From: a candidate division WWE3 bacterium
GTDB taxonomy: Bacteria; Patescibacteriota; WWE3; UBA101185; UBA10185
Direction: 5' to 3'
Assembly (NCBI GenBank): GCA_014729135.1
Contig: WJKK01000001.1
Location: 629,407-693,406 of the forward strand
Length of the DNA: 64,000 nucleotides
The notes under the pieces are model-generated. The model was not told where the DNA came from and made no database searches. It was given only the letters and a program-made list of their open reading frames with translations. The position numbers and the translations under genes are program-made. Below are positions 20,885 through 30,566 of the stretch, one piece after another (position 1 is the stretch's first letter; every line of letters begins with the position of its first letter).

Positions 20885-21187
20885 ATGGCAAAAAAAGATT
20901 TGGATTTTAAAAAAGCTATAGGGGAATTGGAAGAAATTAATGAGTGGTTTTCAAGTGAAGACATTGATTTGGATGAAGGTTTAGAGAAGCTGAAAAAGGG
21001 AAAGGAGCTGATTCTAGCTTGTCAAGAACGGCTGGATAAGGTTGAAACTGAGTTTATAGACATTAAAGACGAGCTGGAAAATGCAGGAAAAACTTCGGAG
21101 GAGAATCTTGACATGGAGCTTGATGAGATTTTGCAATCCTCTGAGAATGCCGAAAACGAAGAATCGGAAACAAACCTTTTTGAATAA
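20885..21187 (+). CDS. xseB: exodeoxyribonuclease VII small subunit
   Basis: 100-aa helical protein FKKAIGELEEINEWFSSEDIDLDEGLEKLKKGKELILACQERL immediately downstream of xseA. Confidence 0.7.
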   Translation: MAKKDLDFKKAIGELEEINEWFSSEDIDLDEGLEKLKKGKELILACQERLDKVETEFIDIKDELENAGKTSEENLDMELDEILQSSENAENEESETNLFE

Positions 21188-21348
21188 GTTCTTTTTTAAA
21201 TTTCTTTTAAGTAGACATACATAAAACGCCTACTTGCCAAACCTCTCTATTCTATAGGACGTATTGGGGTTGCTCTTGCTATTTCTCCTTTATTTGACAT
21301 AATGGACAAACTTTTTTCTTTTAAATAAAAGCTAAAGAGACCAACAAG

Positions 21349-22347
21349 ATGTATAAAATACTTTATAAAAACGTAAGAAATACGAAATTAAAAAACCTCG
21401 CTGAATTTAGGCGGGGCAGTTGGATTTATGTTGAAAACCCCACACATGAAACTTTGGAAGATTTGGCGGAAAAATTTCAACTGGACTTAGGTCTTCTAGG
21501 GGACTCGCAAGACCTCTATGAAATGCCTCGAATAGAAAGGGAGGAGGGCATGATCTACATATACACACGTTTTGTTCTCGAGGAAAAACTGGAACAACCT
21601 CCCCAAACTAGAAAAAGGAAGAAACTTTGGAAACATTCTGAAATTCAGAATAAAAGCCAGCAGAAAGATAAAGTACAAACAGTACCTCTGTTAATAACCA
21701 TAGGAAAAGACTTTCTACTAACAATAACAAATAAAGACTGCCTTCCTCTAAAAAAATTTATAAAAAAAACCCAAAACATAAACACTACGCAAAAAACAAA
21801 GTTATTGCTGCAGATTCTTTTGAATATAAATCACGAATATAACATTCAAATTCATGAGATCAGCCGCAAAATCCAAAATTTAGGAACAGAACCTGAAAAA
21901 GTTACAACACAAGATGTTATACAATTTGTAGAATACGAAAGAACTCTAAATGACTTTCTGTCCAGTCTCATTCCCACAAATCTAATTTTTCAACGAATAC
22001 TGCACGGAAAATACCTGGAATTATATGAGGAGGATGAGGAACTCATGGAAGACCTATCTTTGAGCAATGGGCAGCTTATTGAACGTACAAAATCCACTTT
22101 GAAGAACATTGTTAATATTCGAGAGGCTTACTCCACAATAATGTCAGAAAAGTTGAACAAAACCATGAAGGCTTTAACGTCCGTTACGATTTTGCTGACT
22201 ATTCCCACATTAGTTTTCAGTTTTTATGGAATGAATGTGCAATTACCTATAGAGGGAGAACACTTAGCCTACCTATGGATCTTTCTAAGTTCATTGGGAA
22301 TTATGGCTATCTTGGGATGGGTGTTTAAAAAGCGCAATTTAATTTAA
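21349..22347 (+). CDS. corA: CorA-family magnesium transporter
   Basis: C-terminal two TM helices with the YGMNV (GMN) signature. Confidence 0.7.
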   Translation: MYKILYKNVRNTKLKNLAEFRRGSWIYVENPTHETLEDLAEKFQLDLGLLGDSQDLYEMPRIEREEGMIYIYTRFVLEEKLEQPPQTRKRKKLWKHSEIQNKSQQKDKVQTVPLLITIGKDFLLTITNKDCLPLKKFIKKTQNINTTQKTKLLLQILLNINHEYNIQIHEISRKIQNLGTEPEKVTTQDVIQFVEYERTLNDFLSSLIPTNLIFQRILHGKYLELYEEDEELMEDLSLSNGQLIERTKSTLKNIVNIREAYSTIMSEKLNKTMKALTSVTILLTIPTLVFSFYGMNVQLPIEGEHLAYLWIFLSSLGIMAILGWVFKKRNLI

Positions 22348-22396
22348 GGAATTCTGCAGCCTTCATCTAAGGAGAAACTCGCTTAATAAACAATGC

Positions 22397-23836
22397 CTAA
22401 GCAACCGTAAAAACCGACAAAGAATTAGTATTCCCCGGATCCTTAATTCGCTTCCCATGCACCAACAAAATAGTTTCACCTTCCTCCAAAAAACCATCCG
22501 CTTTTAACCGGGCCATTAAAACATCAGGGTCCGTAAAATCCTTCTCCTTAAAATTCAAATAAACCGGAACTACTCCATAAGTCATTGTTAAAGTCTCTAC
22601 AGTTTTTTGCTGATCGCTCAAGGCCAAAATGGGAACCTTAGGGCGATAACTTGAAAAAACACGTGCGGTATAGCCTGTCTGAGTCCCCACCAAAAGCTTA
22701 TCTATGTGAACACCGCTAAAAGGTACCAGCATAGTTAGAGCAGCGCGAACAACTGCATGCGTCCGATCTAACGAGTCGGGAATATAATCTTCTGCAGCCG
22801 TTGTATGCTTTTCATTATGGGCTGCAATACTGGTCATAAAGCGCACTGCCTCCACAGGGTGGGCTCCTACAGCGCTTTCCTCCGAAAGCATTATTGCATC
22901 AGTTCCATCGTAAATAGCACCTGCCACATCGGCTGCCTCCGCTCGAGTAGGCAAAGGATTTTCCACCATCGACTGAAGCATTTGAGTTGCAACTATTACA
23001 GGCTTTGAAGCTTCCCGGCACTTGTTAATGATCTGCTTTTGGTAGTAGGGCAGCTGCTCCAATGGAGTTTCTATACCCAAATCCCCTCGAGCTATCATAA
23101 TTGCGTCAGAAGCTGCTATTACCTCGTCAATGTTATCCAGACCCTTTTGACTTTCTACCTTAGCCACCATTTGCGCGTTTATTTTGCGATCTTTTAGTTC
23201 AGCGCGAAGGGTCTCTAAATCCTTAGCAGAACGAACAAAGGAGAGGGCTACAAAATCCGCTTTAGTTTTTGCTGCAGCATCCAACTTGTCTAGATCGGTA
23301 TCGATAAGGGAGGGGAGAGCTAGATCTTTTCCAACTAGATTTAAGCTTTTGTTATTTTGGATGATTCCTTTGTTTAAAATTTGAGCCTTTATTGTTTGTG
23401 GGGTAAGTTTTTTAGTAACTTTAAAATTATAGAAACCATCTGCAATGCTAAATTTGTCTTCGGGTTCTAAGGCCTCAATAACTGCTTGTTGTGGCAAATA
23501 AATGTAAGGATCCTCGTGTGTTTCTTGACTAGCGTAGTTGGCGTTTGAGGTTAAAGGGATTTCTGCGTTTTTTTCTAGAGGAATCCCTATTCCATTGGAG
23601 GTTTTTATGCGAATTTCCGGACCTTGAAGGTCAATCATGATTCCAATAGGGATTTTAAGTTTGTCGGCTATTTCTTGAACACGATCTATTCTTTCCAAGT
23701 GCCAGTCTGTGACGTTGTGCTTCATGTTAAAGCGAAAAACATTTACACCGGCTTTGATTAAGTTTTCTATTTTATCGGGGGAGTCGGAGGAAGGACCTAT
23801 TGTGGCTACTATTTTGGACAGTTTCTGAAGTTTCAT
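22397..23836 (-). CDS. pyk: pyruvate kinase
   Basis: KIVATIGPSSDSPDKIENLIKAGVNVFRFNMKHN N-terminus; MIARGDLGIE; MLQSMVENPLPTRAEAADVAGAIYDGTDAIMLSEESAVG. Start set to the Met of MKLQKL. Confidence 0.85.
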   Translation of the reverse strand: MKLQKLSKIVATIGPSSDSPDKIENLIKAGVNVFRFNMKHNVTDWHLERIDRVQEIADKLKIPIGIMIDLQGPEIRIKTSNGIGIPLEKNAEIPLTSNANYASQETHEDPYIYLPQQAVIEALEPEDKFSIADGFYNFKVTKKLTPQTIKAQILNKGIIQNNKSLNLVGKDLALPSLIDTDLDKLDAAAKTKADFVALSFVRSAKDLETLRAELKDRKINAQMVAKVESQKGLDNIDEVIAASDAIMIARGDLGIETPLEQLPYYQKQIINKCREASKPVIVATQMLQSMVENPLPTRAEAADVAGAIYDGTDAIMLSEESAVGAHPVEAVRFMTSIAAHNEKHTTAAEDYIPDSLDRTHAVVRAALTMLVPFSGVHIDKLLVGTQTGYTARVFSSYRPKVPILALSDQQKTVETLTMTYGVVPVYLNFKEKDFTDPDVLMARLKADGFLEEGETILLVHGKRIKDPGNTNSLSVFTVA

Positions 23837-23886
23837 TACTTTTTTATGGTAACACAACTGGAAAAGTAACAAAGGGACATAACAAA

Positions 23887-23914
23887 GGGACAGTCCTCTT
23901 AAAGGACTGTCCTC
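23887..23914. promoter_or_regulatory. GGGACAGTCCTCTTAAAGGACTGTCC palindrome (same motif family as at 19438) in the pyk upstream region
   Basis: Inverted repeat ggacagtcct/aggactgtcc read from the sequence. Confidence 0.45.
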
Positions 23915-24050
23915 TTTTGAAATCCTAGTTTAACTAGAATAGGAGAAAATGCCTCGATAGTCCCTCTGAACTCTAGGTAAAACCTTTCCCTGCACAAAAA
24001 CCATATAACAATTTCTACTTATAGTAGATTTACTGAAACAAAATTAGAAA

Positions 24051-24077
24051 GGACTGTCCCCGTAGAGGACTGTCCCC
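24051..24077. promoter_or_regulatory. two direct copies of the GGACTGTCCCC half-site upstream of the Hjc-like gene
   Basis: ggactgtcccc-gtaga-ggactgtcccc. Confidence 0.4.
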
Positions 24078-24123
24078 TCATCCCGATTCCCGCATCCTCC
24101 CACAAGTATGATAGGATTAAAAG

Positions 24124-24468
24124 GTGCCTGGAAGTTACTCACGAAATAAAGGTCGAAGACTTGAACAAGAAATTGTCAACGTACTGAAAGATGCCGGTAT
24201 TGATGCAAAAAGGATTAGCATGGTTGAAACCGGACATCATATGAAAGGCGATATCCTTGTTGCCAATCACTTAAAATGCGAGGTTAAAGGAGGGTCACAC
24301 GTACCCAAGTTTTTATATAACGCTCGAAAAGATGGAGAGGATATTCTGTTTGCGCGCAGGGACCGACAGGATTGGCTTGTTTGCATGGACTTAGAATGGT
24401 TTATTGAAAACTTCCCGGAGGTTTTAAAAAAGAAGATTGCTGAACAACTAGAGGAAGTGGTGGAATAA
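24124..24468 (+). CDS. Hjc-like PD-(D/E)XK nuclease (Holliday junction resolvase-like)
   Basis: NKGRRLEQEIVNVLKDAGI...GDILVANHLKCEVKGG matches the Hjc pattern KGS.FER.LV..L...G...............PDIIA.....IEVKS. Confidence 0.5.
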   Translation: MPGSYSRNKGRRLEQEIVNVLKDAGIDAKRISMVETGHHMKGDILVANHLKCEVKGGSHVPKFLYNARKDGEDILFARRDRQDWLVCMDLEWFIENFPEVLKKKIAEQLEEVVE

Positions 24469-24502
24469 TGCAAAAACGGGCAAAATCCTCTAAAATAAAA
24501 CC

Positions 24503-25243
24503 ATGCAAAACAAAAAACTTGCCCACAAAATTCCAACGCTTCTATTACTAGGTTCGCTTGCTTTAACTCTCACGGCCTGTACTCCAGCGGAAAAAGTTAA
24601 AAGCCTCCTGCAAAAAACAAACACAAATACAGCTGCCTCAGATCAAAAACCACAGGCAAACAAACCCTCTCCTTTTGGGGGAAATCAAAGTAGTAAGCTT
24701 ACTCAACTCCTTAGTAGAAACCAAAAATTAAAGTGCACCTACAAAAACCAGTTAATGGGCCAAGAAGTTGAAACCGTAATGTACACCGATGGAACTAACA
24801 TCTTTATGGAGGCAGAAGTTCCTCTTCAGCAGGGTCAGGAAAATCAGGTGTCAAATACAATTATTAAGGACGATACAGTTTATTTGTGGACAAAAGGCTC
24901 TAAAGAGGGGATTAAGCTTGAAAAGCAAGAACCTCAACAACAAGCAGAACAAGATATGGAAGCAGATGAAATGGAGCCTATGACGCGGGATCAACGACGT
25001 GAGATTATGGAACAGCTGCAAAATATAGACTACTCCTGTGAGACCTGGGCAGATTTTGATAAATCGGTTTTTGATCTTCCTGAAGGTGTGGAGTTTTCAA
25101 ATCCAATGGAGCAAATTGAATCCATGATGCCCGATCTTGAGGAAATGGAAACACAAATGCCGAGTCAAGAGGAGATAGCAGAAATGGAATCTATGATGGA
25201 GGAGGGCATGCAACAAATGGAGATTCCGGGAACTTCGGAATAA
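24503..25243 (+). CDS. acidic lipoprotein
   Basis: Signal peptide with lipobox LTLTAC; the C-terminal half is Met/Glu/Gln-rich. Confidence 0.5.
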   Translation: MQNKKLAHKIPTLLLLGSLALTLTACTPAEKVKSLLQKTNTNTAASDQKPQANKPSPFGGNQSSKLTQLLSRNQKLKCTYKNQLMGQEVETVMYTDGTNIFMEAEVPLQQGQENQVSNTIIKDDTVYLWTKGSKEGIKLEKQEPQQQAEQDMEADEMEPMTRDQRREIMEQLQNIDYSCETWADFDKSVFDLPEGVEFSNPMEQIESMMPDLEEMETQMPSQEEIAEMESMMEEGMQQMEIPGTSE

Positions 25244-25294
25244 GCCTCCCAAAATAAGAAAAAGAGTATCTCTTAAACCAAAAAATAGACAAAA

Positions 25295-26227
25295 ATGCAG
25301 CAGGATAAAACCAAAAATCTATTAATTCTCCCATTTGATCACAGGTCCTCCTTTTCCAAAAAAATCCTCCAAATTAAAGGAGAGCCAGACGAAAAGCAAA
25401 CCCAACAAATTAAAGATCTTAAACAGCTAATCTTTCAAGCTTTCTTGCAGGTTCAGCAAAATGACAAACATCCGCAAGAACTGGGAATCCTGGTGGATGA
25501 GCAATATGGTAAGGAAATTGTAGATAAGGCTAACGAAAAGGGAATTCCGGTTGCTTCAGGCGTTGAGGCAAGTGGCCATGACGTTTTGCATTTTGAGTAT
25601 GGTCGCAAGTTTGGAAAGCATGTTAAAAAGCTGGATCCGGATTATGTAAAGGTTTTGGTTCGTTATCATCCAGAAAATCCTAAAGGCAATAAAACTCAAA
25701 TTAAACGTCTAAAAAAGTTAAGTAAGTTTTGTAAAAAGGTAAATAAGCCTTTGTTGCTGGAGCTTTTGGTTCCTCCTACCAAAGAAGAGAAGGAGTTGGA
25801 CCACTACGACACTCAAATTCGGCCGCAAAAGACGGCCAAAGCTATTAAGGAGCTTGAAGGTAAAGTGGATGTGGCTATTTGGAAGCTGGAGGGTTTTTCA
25901 GCAAAGGGTTGGAAGGCTGTGCTGGAAGCATTACCTCAGGATGCTAAGGTAGTTGTTCTTGGTCGTGGTGAAGACGCTCAAATGGTTCATTTTTGGCTTA
26001 AAGAAGCTGCACAATTTGAACAGATTATTGGCTTTGCAATAGGTCGCACTATTTTTATGGATCCTTTGCTTAAACTTTTGAAGGAAGAGATTTCAGAGGA
26101 GGCAGCAAAAGACCAGATTGCACAAAACTATAAAGCTTTCATTGATCTTTGGAGAAATGCAAAGCAGGAATCCCAGGAATCCATCGAGTCCGCCAACTCA
26201 AATGAAGAAGAAGAAAAAGCAGCTTAA
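25295..26227 (+). CDS. class I aldolase-like protein (DUF2090/LacD-DeoC-like TIM barrel)
   Basis: KPLLLELLVPP and KVDVAIWKLEG resemble the Schiff-base lysine region of tagatose-bisphosphate/IolC-C family aldolases; weak. Confidence 0.35.
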   Translation: MQQDKTKNLLILPFDHRSSFSKKILQIKGEPDEKQTQQIKDLKQLIFQAFLQVQQNDKHPQELGILVDEQYGKEIVDKANEKGIPVASGVEASGHDVLHFEYGRKFGKHVKKLDPDYVKVLVRYHPENPKGNKTQIKRLKKLSKFCKKVNKPLLLELLVPPTKEEKELDHYDTQIRPQKTAKAIKELEGKVDVAIWKLEGFSAKGWKAVLEALPQDAKVVVLGRGEDAQMVHFWLKEAAQFEQIIGFAIGRTIFMDPLLKLLKEEISEEAAKDQIAQNYKAFIDLWRNAKQESQESIESANSNEEEEKAA

Positions 26228-26243
26228 TTTAATGTCCTCTGAT

Positions 26244-26747
26244 TTATCCTAAAGCTAAAGGAGTTTTGCGCTCAGAATACAAATACCATCCCAAAACCAA
26301 AGCACTTACACCACCCACCAGAGCCAACAACTGACCTACTCCTGTTTCGGGAACTGCAGAGCCTGTTGTTGAAGTAGTTTCAGAAGTGCTCCCCAAATCA
26401 GAAGGCACGCCCTGACCTAAATGCAATGTAAAGGCATAAGTTTCATCCCCCGAAGAAATAGAAATCTCATAATCACCCTCCGTCAAGCTCTCAGAATAAA
26501 AAGTCCAAACACCTGAACCATCAGCAGTTACCGTAGAAGACTCACCATCCACACTTACAACAACCTCCGAAGAAGCTTCAGCTACTCCCTCTAAAACGGG
26601 TTTAGTGCCGGTATACCACCACTCCGTGTAACTTTTACCCGAAGTGTCCAAGGCTCCAATTTTGGTCAAGGAAAGATCTGCTGCTAAAGCAAAAAACAAG
26701 TTGAAACTAACTAAAAAGGCTATAAGTGTTAGGCAGGCTTTTTTCAT
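26244..26747 (-). CDS. secreted surface protein with sortase-type sorting signal (VPETG, TM segment, SERK tail)
   Basis: N-terminal signal peptide MKKACLTLIAFLVSFNLFFALA. C-terminal AVPETG, then the hydrophobic stretch VGQLLALVGGVSALVLGWYLY, then SERK. Confidence 0.5.
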   Translation of the reverse strand: MKKACLTLIAFLVSFNLFFALAADLSLTKIGALDTSGKSYTEWWYTGTKPVLEGVAEASSEVVVSVDGESSTVTADGSGVWTFYSESLTEGDYEISISSGDETYAFTLHLGQGVPSDLGSTSETTSTTGSAVPETGVGQLLALVGGVSALVLGWYLYSERKTPLALG

Positions 26748-27000
26748 AACGTTTTAAGTGTAGCCTAGTTTGGTTTATACTGTCAACAGCGGAATGTGTG
26801 TGGGAATGTGCGCGGACCAACACCACAACTTTAGCAGGATTATCCTTTGTCGAAAAGTAGTTTTGCGCTTTTATAAAGGTAGGAGGTGCTTTTGGATGCA
26901 AGGAGGATCCTTAGTGAAATTACGAGCAGCACTTTTGTAAAAGCAAATCGCAGAAAAAATTAAAGAATTATCCTAGTAAAAAGCCTATAGGACTTAAAAC

Positions 27001-27876
27001 ATGAAAGCAAATTTAGCTAAAAAAGACAAAATATTGCTGCTTTTAGGGGCGGGATTAATGATTCTTGCTTGGGTTGCTCCGGTGGGGATTAAGGCAATTA
27101 AAAGCCGCAAAAAGTCGCCGGAAAAAACAGAGGCGCAGGCAAAAATAGACAAAGATTCTCCTGTTTGGACTGTTCAAGAGTATTTGCAGGATTTGCTTCA
27201 GGCGCCTCAGGAGGAGGTGGAGGAGATTTTGGGAATTTCAAATAGTTTGGTAATGGATTATGCAATCGATCGGGTTTCTTATAATGAGCAGGTAGCTAAG
27301 GTGGAAACTAAGATTTATGTTTTTAATAGTTTTTTGGAGGGGGTTTTTTATTTGGAGCAGGTGGAAGAGATGGGGGAGGGGGGTCAGCCGGAAGGGGGCA
27401 CACCAGAAAAAACTCAGGAATGGCAAATAACAAACATCGAATTTGGGAACACTTTAAATTATAAACATGCAGATGTACTTTTACAGCATGATTTTGAATG
27501 GCAAATTACTCCGCAGCAAATAGAAGGAGAGTTTTTGGCAGCTTGGAAAGCTTATTCTACTAAAGACGAGCTTGAGATTATGTTTTTAGTGGAGGGTTCG
27601 TCGGGGATGTACTCAAAGAGGCTAATGGATTGTTCTTTGGAGCAGGTTTCTAATTGTGGAGTAGAGGAGTGGGGCGATAGGGAAGTGAAAGCGGCTGTTT
27701 TAACGCAGCAGATGTTAAAAATTTTGCTGTTTGAAAGTGGAAAAGAGGATGCAAGCGAAAATGAAGGAGGCACTTTAGAGAAGTCTGTAAATGTGCTTGT
27801 TTTAATCCCAAATGTTCCCGAATATCAAAATAAGAAACAAGCGGTCGATGAACTTCTTACAGGGTTGCAATTATAA
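27001..27876 (+). CDS. membrane-anchored hypothetical protein
   Basis: N-terminal TM helix ILLLLGAGLMILAWVAPVGI; no recognisable motif. Confidence 0.4.
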   Translation: MKANLAKKDKILLLLGAGLMILAWVAPVGIKAIKSRKKSPEKTEAQAKIDKDSPVWTVQEYLQDLLQAPQEEVEEILGISNSLVMDYAIDRVSYNEQVAKVETKIYVFNSFLEGVFYLEQVEEMGEGGQPEGGTPEKTQEWQITNIEFGNTLNYKHADVLLQHDFEWQITPQQIEGEFLAAWKAYSTKDELEIMFLVEGSSGMYSKRLMDCSLEQVSNCGVEEWGDREVKAAVLTQQMLKILLFESGKEDASENEGGTLEKSVNVLVLIPNVPEYQNKKQAVDELLTGLQL

Positions 27877-27880
27877 AAAG

Positions 27881-29386
27881 CTAGTAACAAGAATAAATGA
27901 AAACTAGATCCTCATAAGGATCGGAAAAGACTTTTTCCAAGTTAGCGCAAACATCCACATTCATTCGGGAAGGATCTAATCCATTGGGGCGGTCTATATC
28001 CCTTGAGGTTACAAAATAATCCATTTGAGACTGCCACTCCGCAACTGCCACGCCTTTGTAATAGTAATTAAAACTTTCGATGTTATCAGGAATCCAAACC
28101 GTTTTATCGCGTCCTTTTGTGTTTAAATAATCAGCTGCTTGAGCAAAATATTCCCCGCTATTTTCATAAACTCCTGTTTTTAAGGCTGTGGGAGATCCTC
28201 CAAGAAGGGGAGAGTAGTAAGCGGAGTTCACCGGGAAGTACTGTAGGCAAATGAATCCGGAGAATAAAACTACCAAAGCCAAGATCAGGTTCTTATGGGC
28301 ACGTTTAAGCTGCTCTATATAAAACGCAACTGTCAGCAAGATAAAAGGGAAGAAAACTAGAGCATAACGGTCTATCTTTTTAGTGGATAAAGTTAGAAAA
28401 AGAAGGTAATTTGCAAGGCCGGCAAGAATCCAAAAGGCTTTTTTATTTTGCAGACTCTTTTTTATAGGAACTTGTATTAAAAATCCCACGAACAAGAGCA
28501 AACTAATAGGGGAGAGCTTAAAGACTAGAATAACGGGATAGTAGATATACTTCAATGCTCCGGGGAAAAGGGCGGCACGGGAATCTGTTGCGACGGCTTT
28601 AAAGATAGCGTTGTAGAGATTGGTGAAAACGTAGCCGGGGGCTACCCAAGTTGCGGGAAATAAAACCAGGAAGGTTATTGTGAACCCTGCCAAATAGAGA
28701 AGAAAAGGAGTAAATTTGCGGTTTTGTAGAAAATTACTGACTAATAGAGCCAATAGAATAGGTGCCAGAATTAACGACGTTAGTTTGGAGAGAACAGCAA
28801 GTGCAAAAAAGACCGCTGAAATTAGGAGAAATTTAGTTTTTTTGGAAGGTTCCACAGGTGGCGCAGCGAAATTAAAACGCCAATGCAGAAGAGACAAAAA
28901 AGCAGTAAAAGCAAAATACGTCTCCATGGAAGTTAGATGGAACCAGCGATCAATGCCTATTAAATAAGGTTCTGCGGTAATTAGGACTGCATAAATTAGA
29001 GCTATCTTGTTACTAAAAAGCTTTGAAATTAGGTGGATTTGGAAAAGTAAGAGGCCTGCTAAGACGAGATTAAGTTGAATCTTTGAAAGCATGTGGATGG
29101 TGGGGTAATAATCGGCATTTTCAAGCGTTTTGGGGGTTGTTTTTAGAATGTAGCGCTGAAATGAAGTAGCTGCTTGTTTTAGGGGAGCGTTTAGAAGCAT
29201 GAGTGTAACCCCCGGCTGGTAGTGCTGATAAGTGGATTTGAGATCGCCCGTTTTTATAGCTTGTAGAAAGTTGAGGCTACGCCGGTGCCAACGGGCTGCA
29301 TCAGAGTTGGAAATGTCGTTACCTGTACCTAAAACGCGAAGAAGTAGAAACATACATGCAATAAGAATGTAGACCTGCTTTTTCAT
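27881..29386 (-). CDS. GT-C fold glycosyltransferase (ArnT/PMT-like, GT39/GT83-like)
   Basis: 501 aa polytopic. N-terminal loop GTGNDISNSDAARWHRRS...GDLKSTYQHYQPGVTLM resembles the first periplasmic loop of ArnT/PMT proteins. Confidence 0.55.
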   Translation of the reverse strand: MKKQVYILIACMFLLLRVLGTGNDISNSDAARWHRRSLNFLQAIKTGDLKSTYQHYQPGVTLMLLNAPLKQAATSFQRYILKTTPKTLENADYYPTIHMLSKIQLNLVLAGLLLFQIHLISKLFSNKIALIYAVLITAEPYLIGIDRWFHLTSMETYFAFTAFLSLLHWRFNFAAPPVEPSKKTKFLLISAVFFALAVLSKLTSLILAPILLALLVSNFLQNRKFTPFLLYLAGFTITFLVLFPATWVAPGYVFTNLYNAIFKAVATDSRAALFPGALKYIYYPVILVFKLSPISLLLFVGFLIQVPIKKSLQNKKAFWILAGLANYLLFLTLSTKKIDRYALVFFPFILLTVAFYIEQLKRAHKNLILALVVLFSGFICLQYFPVNSAYYSPLLGGSPTALKTGVYENSGEYFAQAADYLNTKGRDKTVWIPDNIESFNYYYKGVAVAEWQSQMDYFVTSRDIDRPNGLDPSRMNVDVCANLEKVFSDPYEDLVFIYSCY

Positions 29387-29413
29387 AAACCCATTCTACC
29401 AAGGTTGGGGGTA

Positions 29414-29439
29414 GGGGACAGTCCTCTTAAAGGAATGTC
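29414..29439. promoter_or_regulatory. GGGGACAGTCCTCTTAAAGGAATGTC motif copy in the divergent promoter region
   Basis: Same motif family as at 19438 and 23887, with a degenerate right arm. Confidence 0.4.
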
Positions 29440-29541
29440 AAGTGTAGCGAAGCTACCTTGACTTCTTAGGTAAATGAGAGCGAAGCGATCATTTAGCTAT
29501 GCTGTCCCCTTCCCTCTCATCGAACCTGCTATACTAAAAGT

Positions 29542-30504
29542 ATGCAAAAAATCGTCGATTGGATTAAATCCAACAAACTCACCACCGTACTCATTTTGGC
29601 CATCGCCTTTCTACTCCTGGGAAACACACCTAAAAGAGGGCTACTCAACCAACTAAGCGCCTCCCCCACACGCTCGAAATCCTCCTGGAATGGAGGGCTT
29701 TCCAACATGGCCTTAGAAACAGCCGACTATGCTGCACCCACCTCCATGGAATCCCGAAGCATGCCCGGCATCCCGACACCTCCGGCAGACGCCGCCCCAC
29801 AACCCGAAGTAAAAGACCGAATGAAAGTCATGAACGCCTCAATCTCCCTACACGTTGAAGACGTCAGAAAAACTATAGATGCAATTGAAACCTACGTCAC
29901 AAACATTGGGGGCTACACAATCAACCAACACATAAACACTCCACAAGAATCCTCCGGCGGCTCCATTAACGTGAGAGTCCCAACAGAAAAATTGGATGAA
30001 ACCCTGGCCTATTTTAGAGAGCGCGCCGTTAACGTAGTTTATGAAAGCAAAAACGGGCGAGATATAACTGATGAATACATGGATGCAGAAGCTCGTCTAG
30101 AGACTTTGCAAAAAACCAAGGCGATCTTTGAGAATATGCTGGATGAGGCCACCGAATTTGACGACATTTTAAGGGCGCAAAAGGAAATTCTAAATGTGCA
30201 AAATCAAATCGACAGAATAAAAGGTCAATTGGAGTACATGAAAGGAACTGCGGAAACAGCCCGAATTTCAGTGAATCTTTCAACGGATGAGCTGGAACTG
30301 GGATATGCTCCTGCTAATGCATGGCGACCCAAAGTGGTGTTTAGGAAAGCTGTAAGACAACTGGTTATTAATTTGAGAAGTTTAGGCAATGGTGTAATTT
30401 GGCTGGCGGTTTACAGTGTAATTTGGGCTCCTGTTGTGGCAATAGTAATCTTTATCAAAAAGAGAAAATCCAAGAAGTCAACAACCAAAAAAAGCAAGAA
30501 ATAA
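29542..30504 (+). CDS. DUF4349 domain membrane-anchored protein
   Basis: N-terminal TM helix, then the soluble helical/beta domain ...ISLHVEDVRKTIDAIETYV...IDRIKGQLEYMKG..., then a C-terminal TM helix and a Lys-rich tail. Confidence 0.45.
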   Translation: MQKIVDWIKSNKLTTVLILAIAFLLLGNTPKRGLLNQLSASPTRSKSSWNGGLSNMALETADYAAPTSMESRSMPGIPTPPADAAPQPEVKDRMKVMNASISLHVEDVRKTIDAIETYVTNIGGYTINQHINTPQESSGGSINVRVPTEKLDETLAYFRERAVNVVYESKNGRDITDEYMDAEARLETLQKTKAIFENMLDEATEFDDILRAQKEILNVQNQIDRIKGQLEYMKGTAETARISVNLSTDELELGYAPANAWRPKVVFRKAVRQLVINLRSLGNGVIWLAVYSVIWAPVVAIVIFIKKRKSKKSTTKKSKK

Positions 30505-30566
30505 GAAAGCACAGAAATGAGAATACTGCCCAAAACTAAAAAACAGGAAACTTAATCACTGTCCAT

